64,000 bases of DNA from an uncultured Gammaproteobacteria bacterium (lineage in GTDB: Bacteria; Patescibacteriota; Microgenomatia; UBA1406; HO2-37-13b). This document shows positions 37,039 through 47,194 of this stretch, piece by piece. The stretch lies in NCBI GenBank assembly GCA_964612595.1, contig CAZTFB010000001.1, forward strand, positions 67,058-131,057, read 5' to 3'. The notes below the pieces were generated by a model. That model was not told the origin of the DNA. It was given only the letters and a program-made list of their open reading frames with translations, and did not search any database. Both the position numbers and the translations under genes were made by a program. How positions within the stretch are numbered: the first letter of the stretch is position 1; each line of letters starts with the position of its first letter.

Positions 37039-38097
37039 ATGAAATTGTTCAACACGTACCATACGCAACGACGCGCATTACTCTCAAAACACCTCGTTAG
37101 CTTTCTACATACACAAAATGAGAAAACCTCAGACGACTTATCGCATAAAGCCCTTGAACGTATTAATGATTTTTCTACAAGTGGGAAGATGTTGCGTGGA
37201 GTTTTTGTACTTCTTGCGTATGAAATGTTTGGCGGAACAATAGATAAAAATATACTTAACGTTGCGAGTGTAATGGAGCTAAGTCAAGCTGCCCTACTTA
37301 TTCACGATGACATAATGGACAACGACATGCTCCGAAGAGGCAAAAAAACCATATACGCGCAATATAGCGAGGATGCGGCAGCGCTTAACTTAGAAAATCC
37401 CGAAGAATATGGTAAATCTATGGCTATTGTAGTTGGCGACGCAGCAACATTCTTAACCTATGAACTTATCGGAGAACTCAAGGTACCAAGCGAAGTTCGT
37501 TCGTGGATCATGAAAACGTACTCTCACGAAATGCTAAAGGTTGCTCTTGGACAATTTATGGACTATCACTATGGAAAGACCTCAGAAAATCGATCCTTTA
37601 GCGAAATTGAACATATGTATACGCTTAAAACTGGCGCATACACATTTACACTTCCTTTTTCATTGGGTGCGTATATGGCTCGCGCATCAGAAGTGGATTC
37701 TAAGGTACTTGGTGAAATTACTAATAGTCTTGGGATTATTTTTCAAATAAAGGATGATGAACTTGGACTATTTGGAGAAACAGAGTTAACAGGTAAGAAA
37801 GTAGGTGCTGATCTTGAAGAAGATAAGAAGACACTACTCATAGCTCTACTGCAAGAAAGAGTAACGAAACATGAACTAAAAATAGTAAACAATATACTAG
37901 GCAATCCGGTAAGTTTTACTGAAATAAAGTATATTCGCAGTTTGATGGAGACTCATGGCATTCTCCAAGAATTAAATGATAAAGTAGCAAAACTTTCAAA
38001 TGAAGCTAAAAAGGCAATTAATAGATTGACTATCGAACCTAATTACAAAGATCTTTTTGTTGAGCTTGTTGATTATAATGCGACGAGGGATAAGTAG
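37039..38097 (+). CDS. Polyprenyl diphosphate synthase (GGPP/FPP synthase family, CrtE/IdsA-like)
   Basis: First Asp-rich motif LLIHDDIMDNDMLRRG. Second motif FQIKDDELGLFG (the third Asp is replaced). GKKVGADLEEDKKT is present. TATAAT lies 8 nt upstream of the ATG. Confidence 0.85.
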   Translation: MKLFNTYHTQRRALLSKHLVSFLHTQNEKTSDDLSHKALERINDFSTSGKMLRGVFVLLAYEMFGGTIDKNILNVASVMELSQAALLIHDDIMDNDMLRRGKKTIYAQYSEDAAALNLENPEEYGKSMAIVVGDAATFLTYELIGELKVPSEVRSWIMKTYSHEMLKVALGQFMDYHYGKTSENRSFSEIEHMYTLKTGAYTFTLPFSLGAYMARASEVDSKVLGEITNSLGIIFQIKDDELGLFGETELTGKKVGADLEEDKKTLLIALLQERVTKHELKIVNNILGNPVSFTEIKYIRSLMETHGILQELNDKVAKLSNEAKKAINRLTIEPNYKDLFVELVDYNATRDK

Positions 38098-38349
38098 CTG
38101 AAAGTCATCCCAAAATTGATTTCAAGTAGTCTGTTTCAATGCTCACACCGCTGTCAGAATGAACCTGTACGTCTCCTAAAGTTATAACACCATTTCGTAC
38201 TAATAGTTCAGGATTCAAAAGCACGGAGGGGTGAAAGGTAATGCGCGGATTAGATGTTGGTTTAGGTATGCTCACAGTCTAGTGCACTCTGCATTAGTGG
38301 TGCGCAATGTTTGATGAGGGCATACTTTATCTTAGCTGTGATCTGTGCA

Positions 38350-38814
38350 CTAAAACTCAAAAAGTAATTCTAACTCCTTTGTAGATTTTTCAGGATTACC
38401 CGGATCATATAAAAATGTTTGCCAGCCGCGCTGCTTAGCAGCTTCAATATGAATTTCTGTATTCTCAACAAATAGTATTTCGGCAGGAGACACCCCCGCC
38501 TTTCTCTCAGCAATTTCATAAATCTCTTCGTCTGGCTTTTGATAGCCCACCACACTCGAATCAACTTCAGCATCCCATGATATTTCAGGAATAAGTTGAC
38601 GATTCTTTATAGCATCTAGCAATCCTGGATACATATTTGTCAAGAGTCCAACGGATGTCGATTTCTTTATAGCATGTATGGCCGACCACAATGGAGGATT
38701 CACTTTAAAACGTTTTAAAAAACCTTCCATAAGAGAGTAATCCTCAGTTACTACCCCACCAACATCAAAGTACACCAATGAAATCATACCCAGATTATAC
38801 ATTTTTGCTATCAT
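38350..38814 (-). CDS. HAD-superfamily hydrolase (short)
   Basis: Motif I YFDVGGVV, and a later VGYQKPDEEIY / FVENTEIHIEAA pattern (HAD motifs III/IV). Confidence 0.6.
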   Translation of the reverse strand: MIAKMYNLGMISLVYFDVGGVVTEDYSLMEGFLKRFKVNPPLWSAIHAIKKSTSVGLLTNMYPGLLDAIKNRQLIPEISWDAEVDSSVVGYQKPDEEIYEIAERKAGVSPAEILFVENTEIHIEAAKQRGWQTFLYDPGNPEKSTKELELLFEF

Positions 38815-38820
38815 AATCTT

Positions 38821-39519
38821 ATGCGTGTCGTAGTTAGTATATTTCTGGTAGGAATTTTTTTTGTTTTTATACTTACGCCAGTGTCTGCCGACTATTCATA
38901 TTCCTCTCCCTCAAACTTCACTCAAACACCTCGCAATCCAGAAGTTATGGCGGGTGGTGGTGGAACACTACGTAAAGACCTCTTTACTTTAATCGTTGCG
39001 GAAGGAACAACGCCATGGGATGCCTATATTTCTTACGGCTATGTAAAGAAAACTAATCTTGTGCGCTTATGTCGCTACTGGCAGATTTCCGATATATATG
39101 AATTTAAGCTACGATCTCACTTTAATAATGCCGTCATTTCACCCCAGAAGGATACGCTTATAAGCTTCTCATATAACACTGATCATCTCAAAGTATTTCC
39201 ATTGGTGTATTTTCCAGAACAAACCCTAAAAATAGCTGAGACTGATGATAATGGTTTATCTTGGACAATGTTGAAAAATTCTGTTGTTGATACAGAGAAT
39301 AACACTGTTTCTGCCATTACAAAGCTCAATAGAGGCTATATTATTGTTGCTGGATTTGTGAATCCAAAGATTATGTGTAACTACGATGATAGTGTTAAAG
39401 GTGTTTCAACAATAAAGAGCTCCATGTCTCCTATTGGATCGATTATTAGTTCTCTTCAGTTTTATTACCAAGTACTTATCGACATCTTGCAGTATCGTTC
39501 GGAGCGTCCTATGCTATAA
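38821..39519 (+). CDS. Secreted hypothetical protein
   Basis: Signal peptide MRVVVSIFLVGIFFVFILTPVSA. No motif recognised. Confidence 0.5.
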   Translation: MRVVVSIFLVGIFFVFILTPVSADYSYSSPSNFTQTPRNPEVMAGGGGTLRKDLFTLIVAEGTTPWDAYISYGYVKKTNLVRLCRYWQISDIYEFKLRSHFNNAVISPQKDTLISFSYNTDHLKVFPLVYFPEQTLKIAETDDNGLSWTMLKNSVVDTENNTVSAITKLNRGYIIVAGFVNPKIMCNYDDSVKGVSTIKSSMSPIGSIISSLQFYYQVLIDILQYRSERPML

Positions 39520-39575
39520 TTTCACTTGCAGTTGCATGAGCTTATGGCTCATTGTAGAGCAAGCCTGGCTCTATT

Positions 39576-39647
39576 GGGCTCGTAGCTCAATGGTAGAGCA
39601 GCTCCCTCTTAAGGAGTTGGTTGTGGGTTCGAGTCCCTCCGAGCTCA
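39576..39647 (+). tRNA. tRNA-Lys (anticodon CUU)
   Basis: Acceptor GGGCTCG/CGAGCTC, anticodon stem GCTCC/GGAGT, loop CTCTTAA, T-loop TTCGAGT. Confidence 0.85.
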
Positions 39648-39670
39648 CCTGATAGAGCTGGGCTTGTTAC

Positions 39671-39698
39671 TTGAATATTTATATACGTGTGCTATACT
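39671..39698 (+). promoter_or_regulatory. Candidate promoter TTGAAT-N16-TATACT
   Basis: TTGAAT at 39671..39676 and TATACT at 39693..39698, 10 nt before the ATG at 39709. Confidence 0.4.
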
Positions 39699-39708
39699 CA
39701 TCACTATT

Positions 39709-40380
39709 ATGCCAACAGCAAAGAAAAACACAAACAAACCTGCTAAGACAGTTACAAAAAAAGAAGTCATTGAGACAAACGTTCTTGATGAGACGCAACC
39801 ACGCTCATCAATGAAACCATACCTCCTCGTGTTCCTTGGTTTTCTCCTTGTAGCCGGTTTTTTTGGTAAACAATATTTTGTTGCTGGGCTTGTGAACAAT
39901 AAACCTATTTTCCGTGTCGCAATAATTAGAGAACTAGAGAAACAAGGTGGTCAGCAAACTTTAGATTCTTTGGTGACACAAGAGCTTATTCGCCAAGAGG
40001 GTGCCAAGAAAGGCGTCAATGTAACCGAGGGCGATGTTGATAAGAAGATTGCAGATCTCGATGCACAATTTAAAGCACAAGGTCAAACTCTCGATAAGGT
40101 TCTTGAGCAACAAGGTCTTACACGTGACGAAATAAAAGATCAATTAAGAGTACAAATCGTACTGGAAAAGTTATTGGGTGATAAAATAAATGTAACCGAG
40201 GAAGATGTCGATGCGGCGTATGAAGAGCAAAAGGAGATTTTTGAGGGAGAGAAGGACATGAATAAAGTCCGAACAACTATTCGTGAAACACTTAAAAGTC
40301 AGAAGCTATCTACAGAAGCCCAAACGCTTTTAGCTGAACTCAAGAAAAACGCTCAGATCAGACAATTCGTTACGTACTAA
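39709..40380 (+). CDS. SurA/PrsA N-terminal-domain chaperone-like protein without PPIase domain
   Basis: TM anchor, then ...IIRELEKQGGQQTLDSLVTQELIRQEGAKKGVNVTEGDVDKKI..., the SurA_N-type helical domain. The start was moved to the internal Met because the tracked start (39664) crowds the tRNA. Confidence 0.5.
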   Translation: MPTAKKNTNKPAKTVTKKEVIETNVLDETQPRSSMKPYLLVFLGFLLVAGFFGKQYFVAGLVNNKPIFRVAIIRELEKQGGQQTLDSLVTQELIRQEGAKKGVNVTEGDVDKKIADLDAQFKAQGQTLDKVLEQQGLTRDEIKDQLRVQIVLEKLLGDKINVTEEDVDAAYEEQKEIFEGEKDMNKVRTTIRETLKSQKLSTEAQTLLAELKKNAQIRQFVTY

Positions 40381-41996
40381 ATAAGCTCGTCTTTACGTGC
40401 TTTCATAAAACGTGACCACTCTTCGAATATATCGATGAATACTTTGAATGGTGCCTCAATAAGTGTGTCAAAGAGGATGATAAAGAGATTGAACCGTCCA
40501 ATTTCCTTACTTAGTATTTTACCTACATAAATCACAGGGAGCATAATAAAAGTAACGACACTTACGAGTGGATTGTTTCTTGATTCAAGCATGTACTCCT
40601 TAGGGGCTTGTCGAATTCTGTAACCAAAAAATGCCACGACACTGGCAAAGAACATGAATATTACCTTACTGAGGAGATTAAAGTTTAATGCATCAAGAGC
40701 TACATATATGCCGGTGAAAATAAGATAGAAAATAACGACGTATAAAATGGAAAAGAAAAAAAGTAATGTTGGTCTTCGAGCTTTACTCGATACATCAAAG
40801 ATAACCTTTGACGACTCAAATGACGGATCAGTATCTACAATATCTATGAGTCTCATGTAAATACGTTTAGTATTATCATCAGAGGGTGGACTGATAAATG
40901 ATACAAGCAGACCCATGAGGAGTGGTGGGAACAAGGTATTGATTGCTAACGACAAGAGATGTACCTCGCCAAATATAAATTGACTTAATGGAAGTTCTAC
41001 AAGGAGCACGATGATCATCTTTGTAAAGAATATATAAATGATACTTCTAAATGCGGCTGCGTTTAGTTTCTTTGCAATTTCATTATATTTTGAAGTGCAT
41101 ACCGCATTAACTTCTTCCCATAACTTTTCACGATGCATGAGAAGTGACTCTCCATCAATTCCCTCTTTGTCAAGAATTTGATACATAACGCGGAATGGTG
41201 CTGATTGGCGCCATGCGAACTTAGTAAGTTTTTCATTATATGGATTTTTAAGAATACGACTAGATTCCCTATAGAAAACATGAAAATTTTGAGCAACCTT
41301 CAATATCTTTTCTCGTGGTAGTTGCGATAGTGGCCCAAAATTGATAATAAAGAGATGGTAGCGAATGAATACCTCATCATTTTTAAGCAATGCCTGCTCT
41401 GCAGCTACATAAAAGAACGTGCTTTTATCATCCTCTGTCACTCCATTTATATCAATCTTATCCCTGAGGACCTGGTAGAAATAATAAAGATACGCAGAAG
41501 TTCTATAGGTATTTTGGAAACTTAAAGATTCTTCGATTTCACAACCGAGTAAGTCAAGAATTATATGAAGAAGCTGATTGGTATTTTTTATTGTATGCGT
41601 TGCTAGGATTTCTTTGTATAAATACACATAGTCATCAATAATTTTCTGTAGCTCATTAACTTGATTGATACCTATCGAGCGTTTCTTAATATAATTTCCC
41701 CACATGAGCTCCCGAATAAGATTCTCAGCTTCACCCTTTCCAGATAGGTTAAGTGAAAGCCTTCGTCTAAGCACACGTGATATCGCATGTCGCCGTATAA
41801 GATGTTCTTCATTAATTTCTATAGCGTTGCGAATTTTTTCATACATAACGCCAAGAAAGGTTACCGTTTGAGAGACTTCGTATGCTTCGCCTTCTGGAGG
41901 CGGGCTGTAGGTAGGCGTCGCGGACAAAGTAGTAAGAAGGGCCCTTGTGGCTTTAGAAAGTTTAATGGCAGTAGTGTTTTCAGTTTGCTGTGACAT
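40377..41996 (-). CDS. Hypothetical polytopic membrane protein (about 330-aa soluble N-terminal domain + 5-6 TM helices)
   Basis: 539-aa intact ORF. No family recognised with confidence. Confidence 0.5.
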   Translation of the reverse strand: MSQQTENTTAIKLSKATRALLTTLSATPTYSPPPEGEAYEVSQTVTFLGVMYEKIRNAIEINEEHLIRRHAISRVLRRRLSLNLSGKGEAENLIRELMWGNYIKKRSIGINQVNELQKIIDDYVYLYKEILATHTIKNTNQLLHIILDLLGCEIEESLSFQNTYRTSAYLYYFYQVLRDKIDINGVTEDDKSTFFYVAAEQALLKNDEVFIRYHLFIINFGPLSQLPREKILKVAQNFHVFYRESSRILKNPYNEKLTKFAWRQSAPFRVMYQILDKEGIDGESLLMHREKLWEEVNAVCTSKYNEIAKKLNAAAFRSIIYIFFTKMIIVLLVELPLSQFIFGEVHLLSLAINTLFPPLLMGLLVSFISPPSDDNTKRIYMRLIDIVDTDPSFESSKVIFDVSSKARRPTLLFFFSILYVVIFYLIFTGIYVALDALNFNLLSKVIFMFFASVVAFFGYRIRQAPKEYMLESRNNPLVSVVTFIMLPVIYVGKILSKEIGRFNLFIILFDTLIEAPFKVFIDIFEEWSRFMKARKDELI

Positions 41997-42044
41997 GTCG
42001 TGCTAAGGGCATAGTATACCAAAGACCTGTGTTATACTAACTTT

Positions 42045-42521
42045 GTGAGAATTCTAGCGTGTGATTCAGGCGTTGAGCGAACAGGATATGCTGTACTTGA
42101 TACGGATAAGAAACATAACCTTCTTACTGTCTATGACTGTATTTTTACCCACAAATCTAAAGATCTTTCCCAACGACTGAGCGAGCTTTCAATAAAATTA
42201 GATGAAATTTTAACTACATATACGCCTGACATTATTGTTATAGAAAAACTTTTCTTTACTAATAATCAAACTACCGGCATTATGGTAGCACAAGCACAAG
42301 GCGTGCTCCTTATGCTAGCTGGAAAGCATACTATAAAAGTAGCGTTTCTGACTCCTACACAGATTAAGCATACTGTTACAGGATATGGTCGTGCAGATAA
42401 AAAAGGAATACAAAAGATGCTACGATTATTACTAGGACTTGAAACAGATCCCCAGCCTGACGATGTGACTGATGCAATTGCATGCGGCTACGCCTACTGT
42501 ACAATTAATAAACTATTATGA
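42045..42521 (+). CDS. ruvC: Holliday junction resolvase RuvC
   Basis: GTG start. RILACDSGVERTGYAVLD (first catalytic Asp), IVIEKLFF, and C-terminal DDVTDAIACGY. TGTTATACT lies 6 nt upstream. Confidence 0.85.
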   Translation: MRILACDSGVERTGYAVLDTDKKHNLLTVYDCIFTHKSKDLSQRLSELSIKLDEILTTYTPDIIVIEKLFFTNNQTTGIMVAQAQGVLLMLAGKHTIKVAFLTPTQIKHTVTGYGRADKKGIQKMLRLLLGLETDPQPDDVTDAIACGYAYCTINKLL

Positions 42522-43099
42522 TTGGAAAACTAACGGGCATTTTGTCTGAAATCCATGGTGATGAGGTTTTTATAGACACAAAGGGTGGTGTTACGTATTG
42601 TGTACAGCTCTCTCCAAAGATCAGAGATAAGATTGGCATAGAAAACGATGAAATTTCTATATATACCTACTTGGATGTCAAAGAGGATAGTCTTGTATTA
42701 TTTGGATTTGATAATTATGAGAGCTTCAATATCTACTCTTTAATACTTTCAGTAGATGGTGTTGGTCCTAAGACAGCCTATACGATTGTGAGTGCGTATG
42801 AAAGTTCACAAATTAAGGATGCAATCGGACGAAACGATGTATTGTTTTTTCAAGAAATAAAAGGAATTGGCAAGAAGACTGCACAGAGAATTATTGTTGA
42901 TTTAGCCTCAAAAATAGGCGCCGAAGTAGATTTAGAAAGCATGTATGTTACCGAGGATAAAGATGCTGTTGAAGCTCTAATATCTCTTGGATTTAAGAAG
43001 CAGGAGGTACTACGCGTTCTGCAAAAGATTGATAAGGATATACCTCTTCAAGAGAAGCTTACCGATGCGTTACAGTTATTAACGAAAAAGCATGAATAA
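42518..43099 (+). CDS. ruvA: Holliday junction DNA helicase subunit RuvA
   Basis: MIGKLTGIL start, HhH motifs VDGVGPKTA and IKGIGKKTAQRI, and C-terminal domain III. Confidence 0.9.
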   Translation: MIGKLTGILSEIHGDEVFIDTKGGVTYCVQLSPKIRDKIGIENDEISIYTYLDVKEDSLVLFGFDNYESFNIYSLILSVDGVGPKTAYTIVSAYESSQIKDAIGRNDVLFFQEIKGIGKKTAQRIIVDLASKIGAEVDLESMYVTEDKDAVEALISLGFKKQEVLRVLQKIDKDIPLQEKLTDALQLLTKKHE

Positions 43100-44123
43100 A
43101 GCAGCAAAAAATAACAGAAATGGCGATAATGTCGAATCGACGCTCCGTCCCCCATCATTAAAAGATTACATTGGTCAACCAAAATCGAAGAAATCTTTGG
43201 AAATTTTCCTTCAGGCAGGAAAGCAACGAGGGGGGCCAATCGAGCACATACTTTTCTATGGCCCGCCAGGAATGGGAAAAACAACTCTTGCACATATTGT
43301 GGCTAGAGAGTTATCAAGTGAGCTTCGTATAACCTCTGGCCCCGCAATCGAGAAAGCAGGTGACCTTGCTGCAATTCTTACTAATCTCAATGATAATGAT
43401 GTGCTGTTTATTGATGAGATCCACCGACTCCCCCGTTCTGTTGAGGAAGCCCTTTACCCCGTGATGGAGGATTTTGCGTTGGATATTGTACTGGGGAAAG
43501 GTCCAGCAGCAAGAACAGTTCGATTAAATGTGCCCAAAATTATTATCATTGGTGCAACAACGCGTATGGCACTCCTTTCCGCACCATTCAGGGATCGATT
43601 TGGGCTTGTACTCAATCTTGATTTTTATACTATCGATGAAATGGCGCGCATCATACAACGCTCGGCCGAAATTCTTAGGCTTCCCCTAAAGTCGGAGGCC
43701 GCTCAAGAAATCGCAAAGCGCGCTCGAAAAACACCGCGCATTGCAAATCGTATGCTAAAGCGCCTTAGAGACATCCAGGAAATACATAACTATGATGTCA
43801 TTGATATGGATGCCATGGAACGTCTTTTTGAGCTTGTCGATATAGACAGCGAAGGATTGCAGAACATAGATAAAAAGTACCTTCATTTACTGATTACTAA
43901 ATATAATGGCGGCCCAGCGGGTCTGAGTACGCTTGCAGTGTCGCTATCTGAGGATAAACAAACCATTGAGGAGTTCGTAGAACCCTATCTACTTCAGTCC
44001 GGATTTATTAAAAAAACAGCAAAAGGTCGTACTGCAACAAAGAAAGCGTATCAGCATCTGGGGCTCAGTCATCTCTTTCATCGTTCTCCAGATGCTTCGA
44101 CACAGCAAGAAAAATTGGTATAA
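43092..44123 (+). CDS. ruvB: Holliday junction DNA helicase RuvB
   Basis: LRPPSLKDYIGQ, Walker A GPPGMGKTTLA, FIDEIHRL, and a winged-helix C-terminus. Confidence 0.95.
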   Translation: MNKAAKNNRNGDNVESTLRPPSLKDYIGQPKSKKSLEIFLQAGKQRGGPIEHILFYGPPGMGKTTLAHIVARELSSELRITSGPAIEKAGDLAAILTNLNDNDVLFIDEIHRLPRSVEEALYPVMEDFALDIVLGKGPAARTVRLNVPKIIIIGATTRMALLSAPFRDRFGLVLNLDFYTIDEMARIIQRSAEILRLPLKSEAAQEIAKRARKTPRIANRMLKRLRDIQEIHNYDVIDMDAMERLFELVDIDSEGLQNIDKKYLHLLITKYNGGPAGLSTLAVSLSEDKQTIEEFVEPYLLQSGFIKKTAKGRTATKKAYQHLGLSHLFHRSPDASTQQEKLV

Positions 44124-44145
44124 TACATCTACTTTACATTACCCT

Positions 44146-44227
44146 GCTCGGGTGGTGAAATTGGTATACACGCAGTCTTGAGGAGGCTGTGCAGCAATGC
44201 GTGGAGGTTCAAGTCCTCTCCCGAGCA
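44146..44227 (+). tRNA. tRNA-Leu (anticodon GAG)
   Basis: Acceptor GCTCGGG/CCCGAGC, anticodon stem CAGTC/GGCTG, loop TTGAGGA, long variable arm, T-loop TTCAAGT. Confidence 0.85.
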
Positions 44228-44277
44228 CTTGGTAATAATAATACAGCAATTCTTCTACCAGTCTGCATACCCACCTC

Positions 44278-44305
44278 TTGACAGATGGCCGAAATCCCAT
44301 AGAAT
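44278..44305 (+). promoter_or_regulatory. Candidate promoter TTGACA-N16-TAGAAT
   Basis: TTGACA at 44278..44283 and TAGAAT at 44300..44305. The roughly 70-nt leader contains a perfect 7-bp hairpin GGCATAC/GTATGCC at 44338..44356. Confidence 0.45.
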
Positions 44306-44381
44306 AGGAAAGACAGGTCAGGAGAACAGGCTAAAATGGCATACTTAATGTATGCCGTAAAAATGATATCAACAAACAACA

Positions 44382-44729
44382 ATGGTTGTTGTAGGCGTAA
44401 TGCTTTTGGTTTTACTCATTGGATTGGTGAAATTTGTTTCCTACTGGCAGCTGAACGGAGAAATGCATTACGATAAGGACCCCTATATTGATACTCAATT
44501 TACTAATTCTTTCACATTTGAGAAGTTTAATACGATCAAGAAAAGTATGACTGAAAATAGTGTCATTGAGCTTATTGGTCAGCCATTTGAAAGAAATATT
44601 TACGGGTCGTCTAACTATAAAGTAACTCATGATCAGAATGCTATTGAAATTCCACCTCCTGACTTTATACAGGATTGCTTGGGGTATGGCAGGGATGGAA
44701 AACTTGGAGATAAGGGAGACACGTCATAG
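44382..44729 (+). CDS. Small membrane-anchored hypothetical protein (BamE/SmpA-like fold suspected)
   Basis: N-terminal TM helix. FEKFNTIKKSMTENSVIELIGQPFE resembles the SmpA_OmlA-type motif. Weak. Confidence 0.4.
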   Translation: MVVVGVMLLVLLIGLVKFVSYWQLNGEMHYDKDPYIDTQFTNSFTFEKFNTIKKSMTENSVIELIGQPFERNIYGSSNYKVTHDQNAIEIPPPDFIQDCLGYGRDGKLGDKGDTS

Positions 44730-44807
44730 TACAGCTATGTTGTATGTTTCAAACAGGACCAGGTGGTAAGTACCGTAATCAACGAGTTTTTTGATTGAAT
44801 CAATGCG

Positions 44808-45113
44808 CTAATCAGTATTCAAAATGTAGATTATAGAACTACTTCCCGTACTTTTCAGACACCATATCATCGACCATAGGATTAGCCCAGGATTAAGATC
44901 CTCAGGATCAAAAAAGCATAATGATAGTAGCATTGAGTTCAAATCTGATGCTATCTGATTAAATTGTGCACGAGGATTCTCGGGATCAGTATTAGACTCG
45001 ACTGAATGCTCCCTCATCAAGTAATCTGCGTGCCACCTTGCTATTTGATTGCAGCCATAATGTGGTGGCAATCTATCGGAAACAAACATACGTCCAATGA
45101 AGGTTCCCAGCAT
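44808..45113 (-). CDS. Hypothetical protein (101 aa)
   Basis: ORF only. No motif recognised. Confidence 0.35.
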   Translation of the reverse strand: MLGTFIGRMFVSDRLPPHYGCNQIARWHADYLMREHSVESNTDPENPRAQFNQIASDLNSMLLSLCFFDPEDLNPGLILWSMIWCLKSTGSSSIIYILNTD

Positions 45114-45177
45114 GAATATAAGTTCAGCTCATTAGCAGATGCATTCTGTTTTGCATATTTACAAAAAAATTAATGCA

Positions 45178-45915
45178 TTACTTCAATTGTATGCTTTTTA
45201 TTCGTAATCCAGCCCAGTGATTGAGTAATTTTTTACAAACCCTCTTTACGCATTGCTCTTTTGAATAAATAAACTCTCCTGTTACCAAAACCTCTTTGTT
45301 TACAAACTGCTCCAGCTCAACAGGGCTTTCGGCTATCATAGTCTGAATGTCTCTATTATTCTCCCAAAAACAGCGCTCTTCCTCACCTGATTCTTGTTCA
45401 CATACGTAATGCTTGTTAGCATCTGATGTTGTAACATAGTGAATGTTGTACAAATCCTCCCCAAATACATTTTTTTCGATAGTATATACGGCTTGCTTAT
45501 CGTTAAATGGGAAGAATTGTGGCGGTTTTTCTGTAAATACAGCATGGGCAAGTGTCATTACTATAAATGTAAACACAGCGTTAAAGATCATTATGAGAAC
45601 AAGGAGAGGTGTGTTTAACCACTTTAATTTACTTCTAAAAACTAAAGGTAAACTATTTTTCGATTGGAGCGTATTTCTGAAGATAGAAAGGGTAAAATAG
45701 AAATATGCGAGTGGTAGGATAAGTAAGATGATGGTCATAAGTAAACTGAGCAACAGCTGACCTGTATCTGGAGTGCTGAACATGCCAGCTTCAAATGTTT
45801 GTTTTAATGCAGCAAAATAATAAAGAATTACGATCCCAAGTGACACAAAGGTAAGTATTAGGATGATTAGCGCTGTCCCCCTCAGTAGTGCTTGTTTTTT
45901 CATTTCTATATTCAC
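45178..45915 (-). CDS. Hypothetical membrane protein (3-4 TM helices + Cys-containing soluble C-terminal domain)
   Basis: 245-aa intact ORF. No motif recognised. Confidence 0.45.
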   Translation of the reverse strand: MNIEMKKQALLRGTALIILILTFVSLGIVILYYFAALKQTFEAGMFSTPDTGQLLLSLLMTIILLILPLAYFYFTLSIFRNTLQSKNSLPLVFRSKLKWLNTPLLVLIMIFNAVFTFIVMTLAHAVFTEKPPQFFPFNDKQAVYTIEKNVFGEDLYNIHYVTTSDANKHYVCEQESGEEERCFWENNRDIQTMIAESPVELEQFVNKEVLVTGEFIYSKEQCVKRVCKKLLNHWAGLRIKSIQLK

Positions 45916-46184
45916 AATTATATACTAATTGGCGTATTGAGCAATATACTAACCTACTTAGGGTAATAGATGTTATAACCACTATCTCCACATTGAAGAC
46001 CCGAATAATCCTGCCAAAGACAATCCAAAAAAGCAGCTAAACCAAGAGCATGTTATAAAAGGACAATCAAAAAATACATCTTCTCTACTCCTAATCAGTC
46101 CACGAACAAACGCTTTATAGGATGTGCTCATCATGTAGAATGGAGGTGGTCAGCTTGAGATGTACAGAGAATCGTTTGAACCAA

Positions 46185-47194
46185 TCATTGTCTCATCTCC
46201 TTTTTAAAATGAGCTATTGCAGCAAGGAGGGTAGATTTCTGTTTAGGATTAATTTGGGAGATTAAATAGGTTCGAACATCGTCCCAGATGGTGCACCATA
46301 CAGAACTTTTCAAATAATATTTCGCTTTAGCCCTATGTAGAGGGCTCTTCTTGGGTTCGAGCGGGTTCAATTTCTTATTCGTCTTTTTAGCACCTTTTTT
46401 GTAGCGAATAAATAGATATCGAAGCTGAAATTGCAACTTCTTATCTAGTAAGATCGGTTTCGAGCCGACGGTCTAAAAATGGTCTTTTGTCGTCTGTTTC
46501 CCCACTTTCAAACCGTTGAGCTGCAAGAAGTTCAAATTCAAAGCTATCCTTGGCAGTATCTGCCCATTCATTATTACCCGGTGCTGTTTGATCCAACTGT
46601 TTCATGATTTCTCCTTTTCCAGAAGTAATACTCTTTTCCTATTAGTAAATTCCTGATCGGAATGTAACGTACCATCTGATTTGTCAGGTGATATCTTAAG
46701 ACTAACGAGGTTATTTATTCGTTTGTAACGTCTTCAAGGGCTTTCTGCAATGTTTCATGACTGTTTGCAACCACAGTGCTGTCCTTTGCTTTACTTTCTC
46801 AAAGACTTCAAGTGCCAACTCCGCAAACTCAATAACAAGCTCTAACTGTGTTAATTCTGCAGTAAATTGACCTTCAAGCTTGCCGGATGATATGTATGGT
46901 TGACTACATTTATTTTCACTGTTTTTCTTTGTACAGCGGTAGTAAGCAAATACCTGCGAATCTCCGTTTTTATAGTGCTTCGTGTGTGTTTCTACAGTAA
47001 TTCGATAACCACACTCACCAGATGTAATAATCCCATTAGTTGCAGAGTCGTGTTTATGCGGCTTTCCTTTTGCTCTGCCCTCTACAATATCCTCCAATAG
47101 ATTAAATTCTTCATCAATCAATAGTGGTGGGGTGCTGGGCCTGATAAAGTCTTCCGCAATAGCTAAACTTTCCGGTGTAAAATGGGTCTTTCAT
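46185..47194 (-). pseudogene. Large serine recombinase remnant lacking the catalytic N-terminal domain; several frame breaks
   Basis: Hand translation gives four pieces: recombinase-domain tail DPFYTGKFSYCGRLYQAQHPTTID (47194..47120); a frameshift at an ATTGATTG 4-nt duplication; Zn-ribbon GECGYRITVE..FAYYRCTKKNSENKC (46711..47121); C-terminal pieces ..FEFELLAAQRFESGETDDKRPFL.. (46440..46606) and LDKKLQFQLRYLF.. (46185..46436). Confidence 0.65.

Noticed and set aside
39545-39600. Partial duplicate of the tRNA-Lys 5' half just upstream of the gene (GGCTCATTGTAGAGCAAGC vs GGCTCGTAGCTCAATGGTAGAGCAGC) as an integration scar
   Set aside because: Only two short blocks (5 and 7 nt) match. att duplications normally involve the tRNA 3' half. 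It cannot be distinguished from chance without a search tool.
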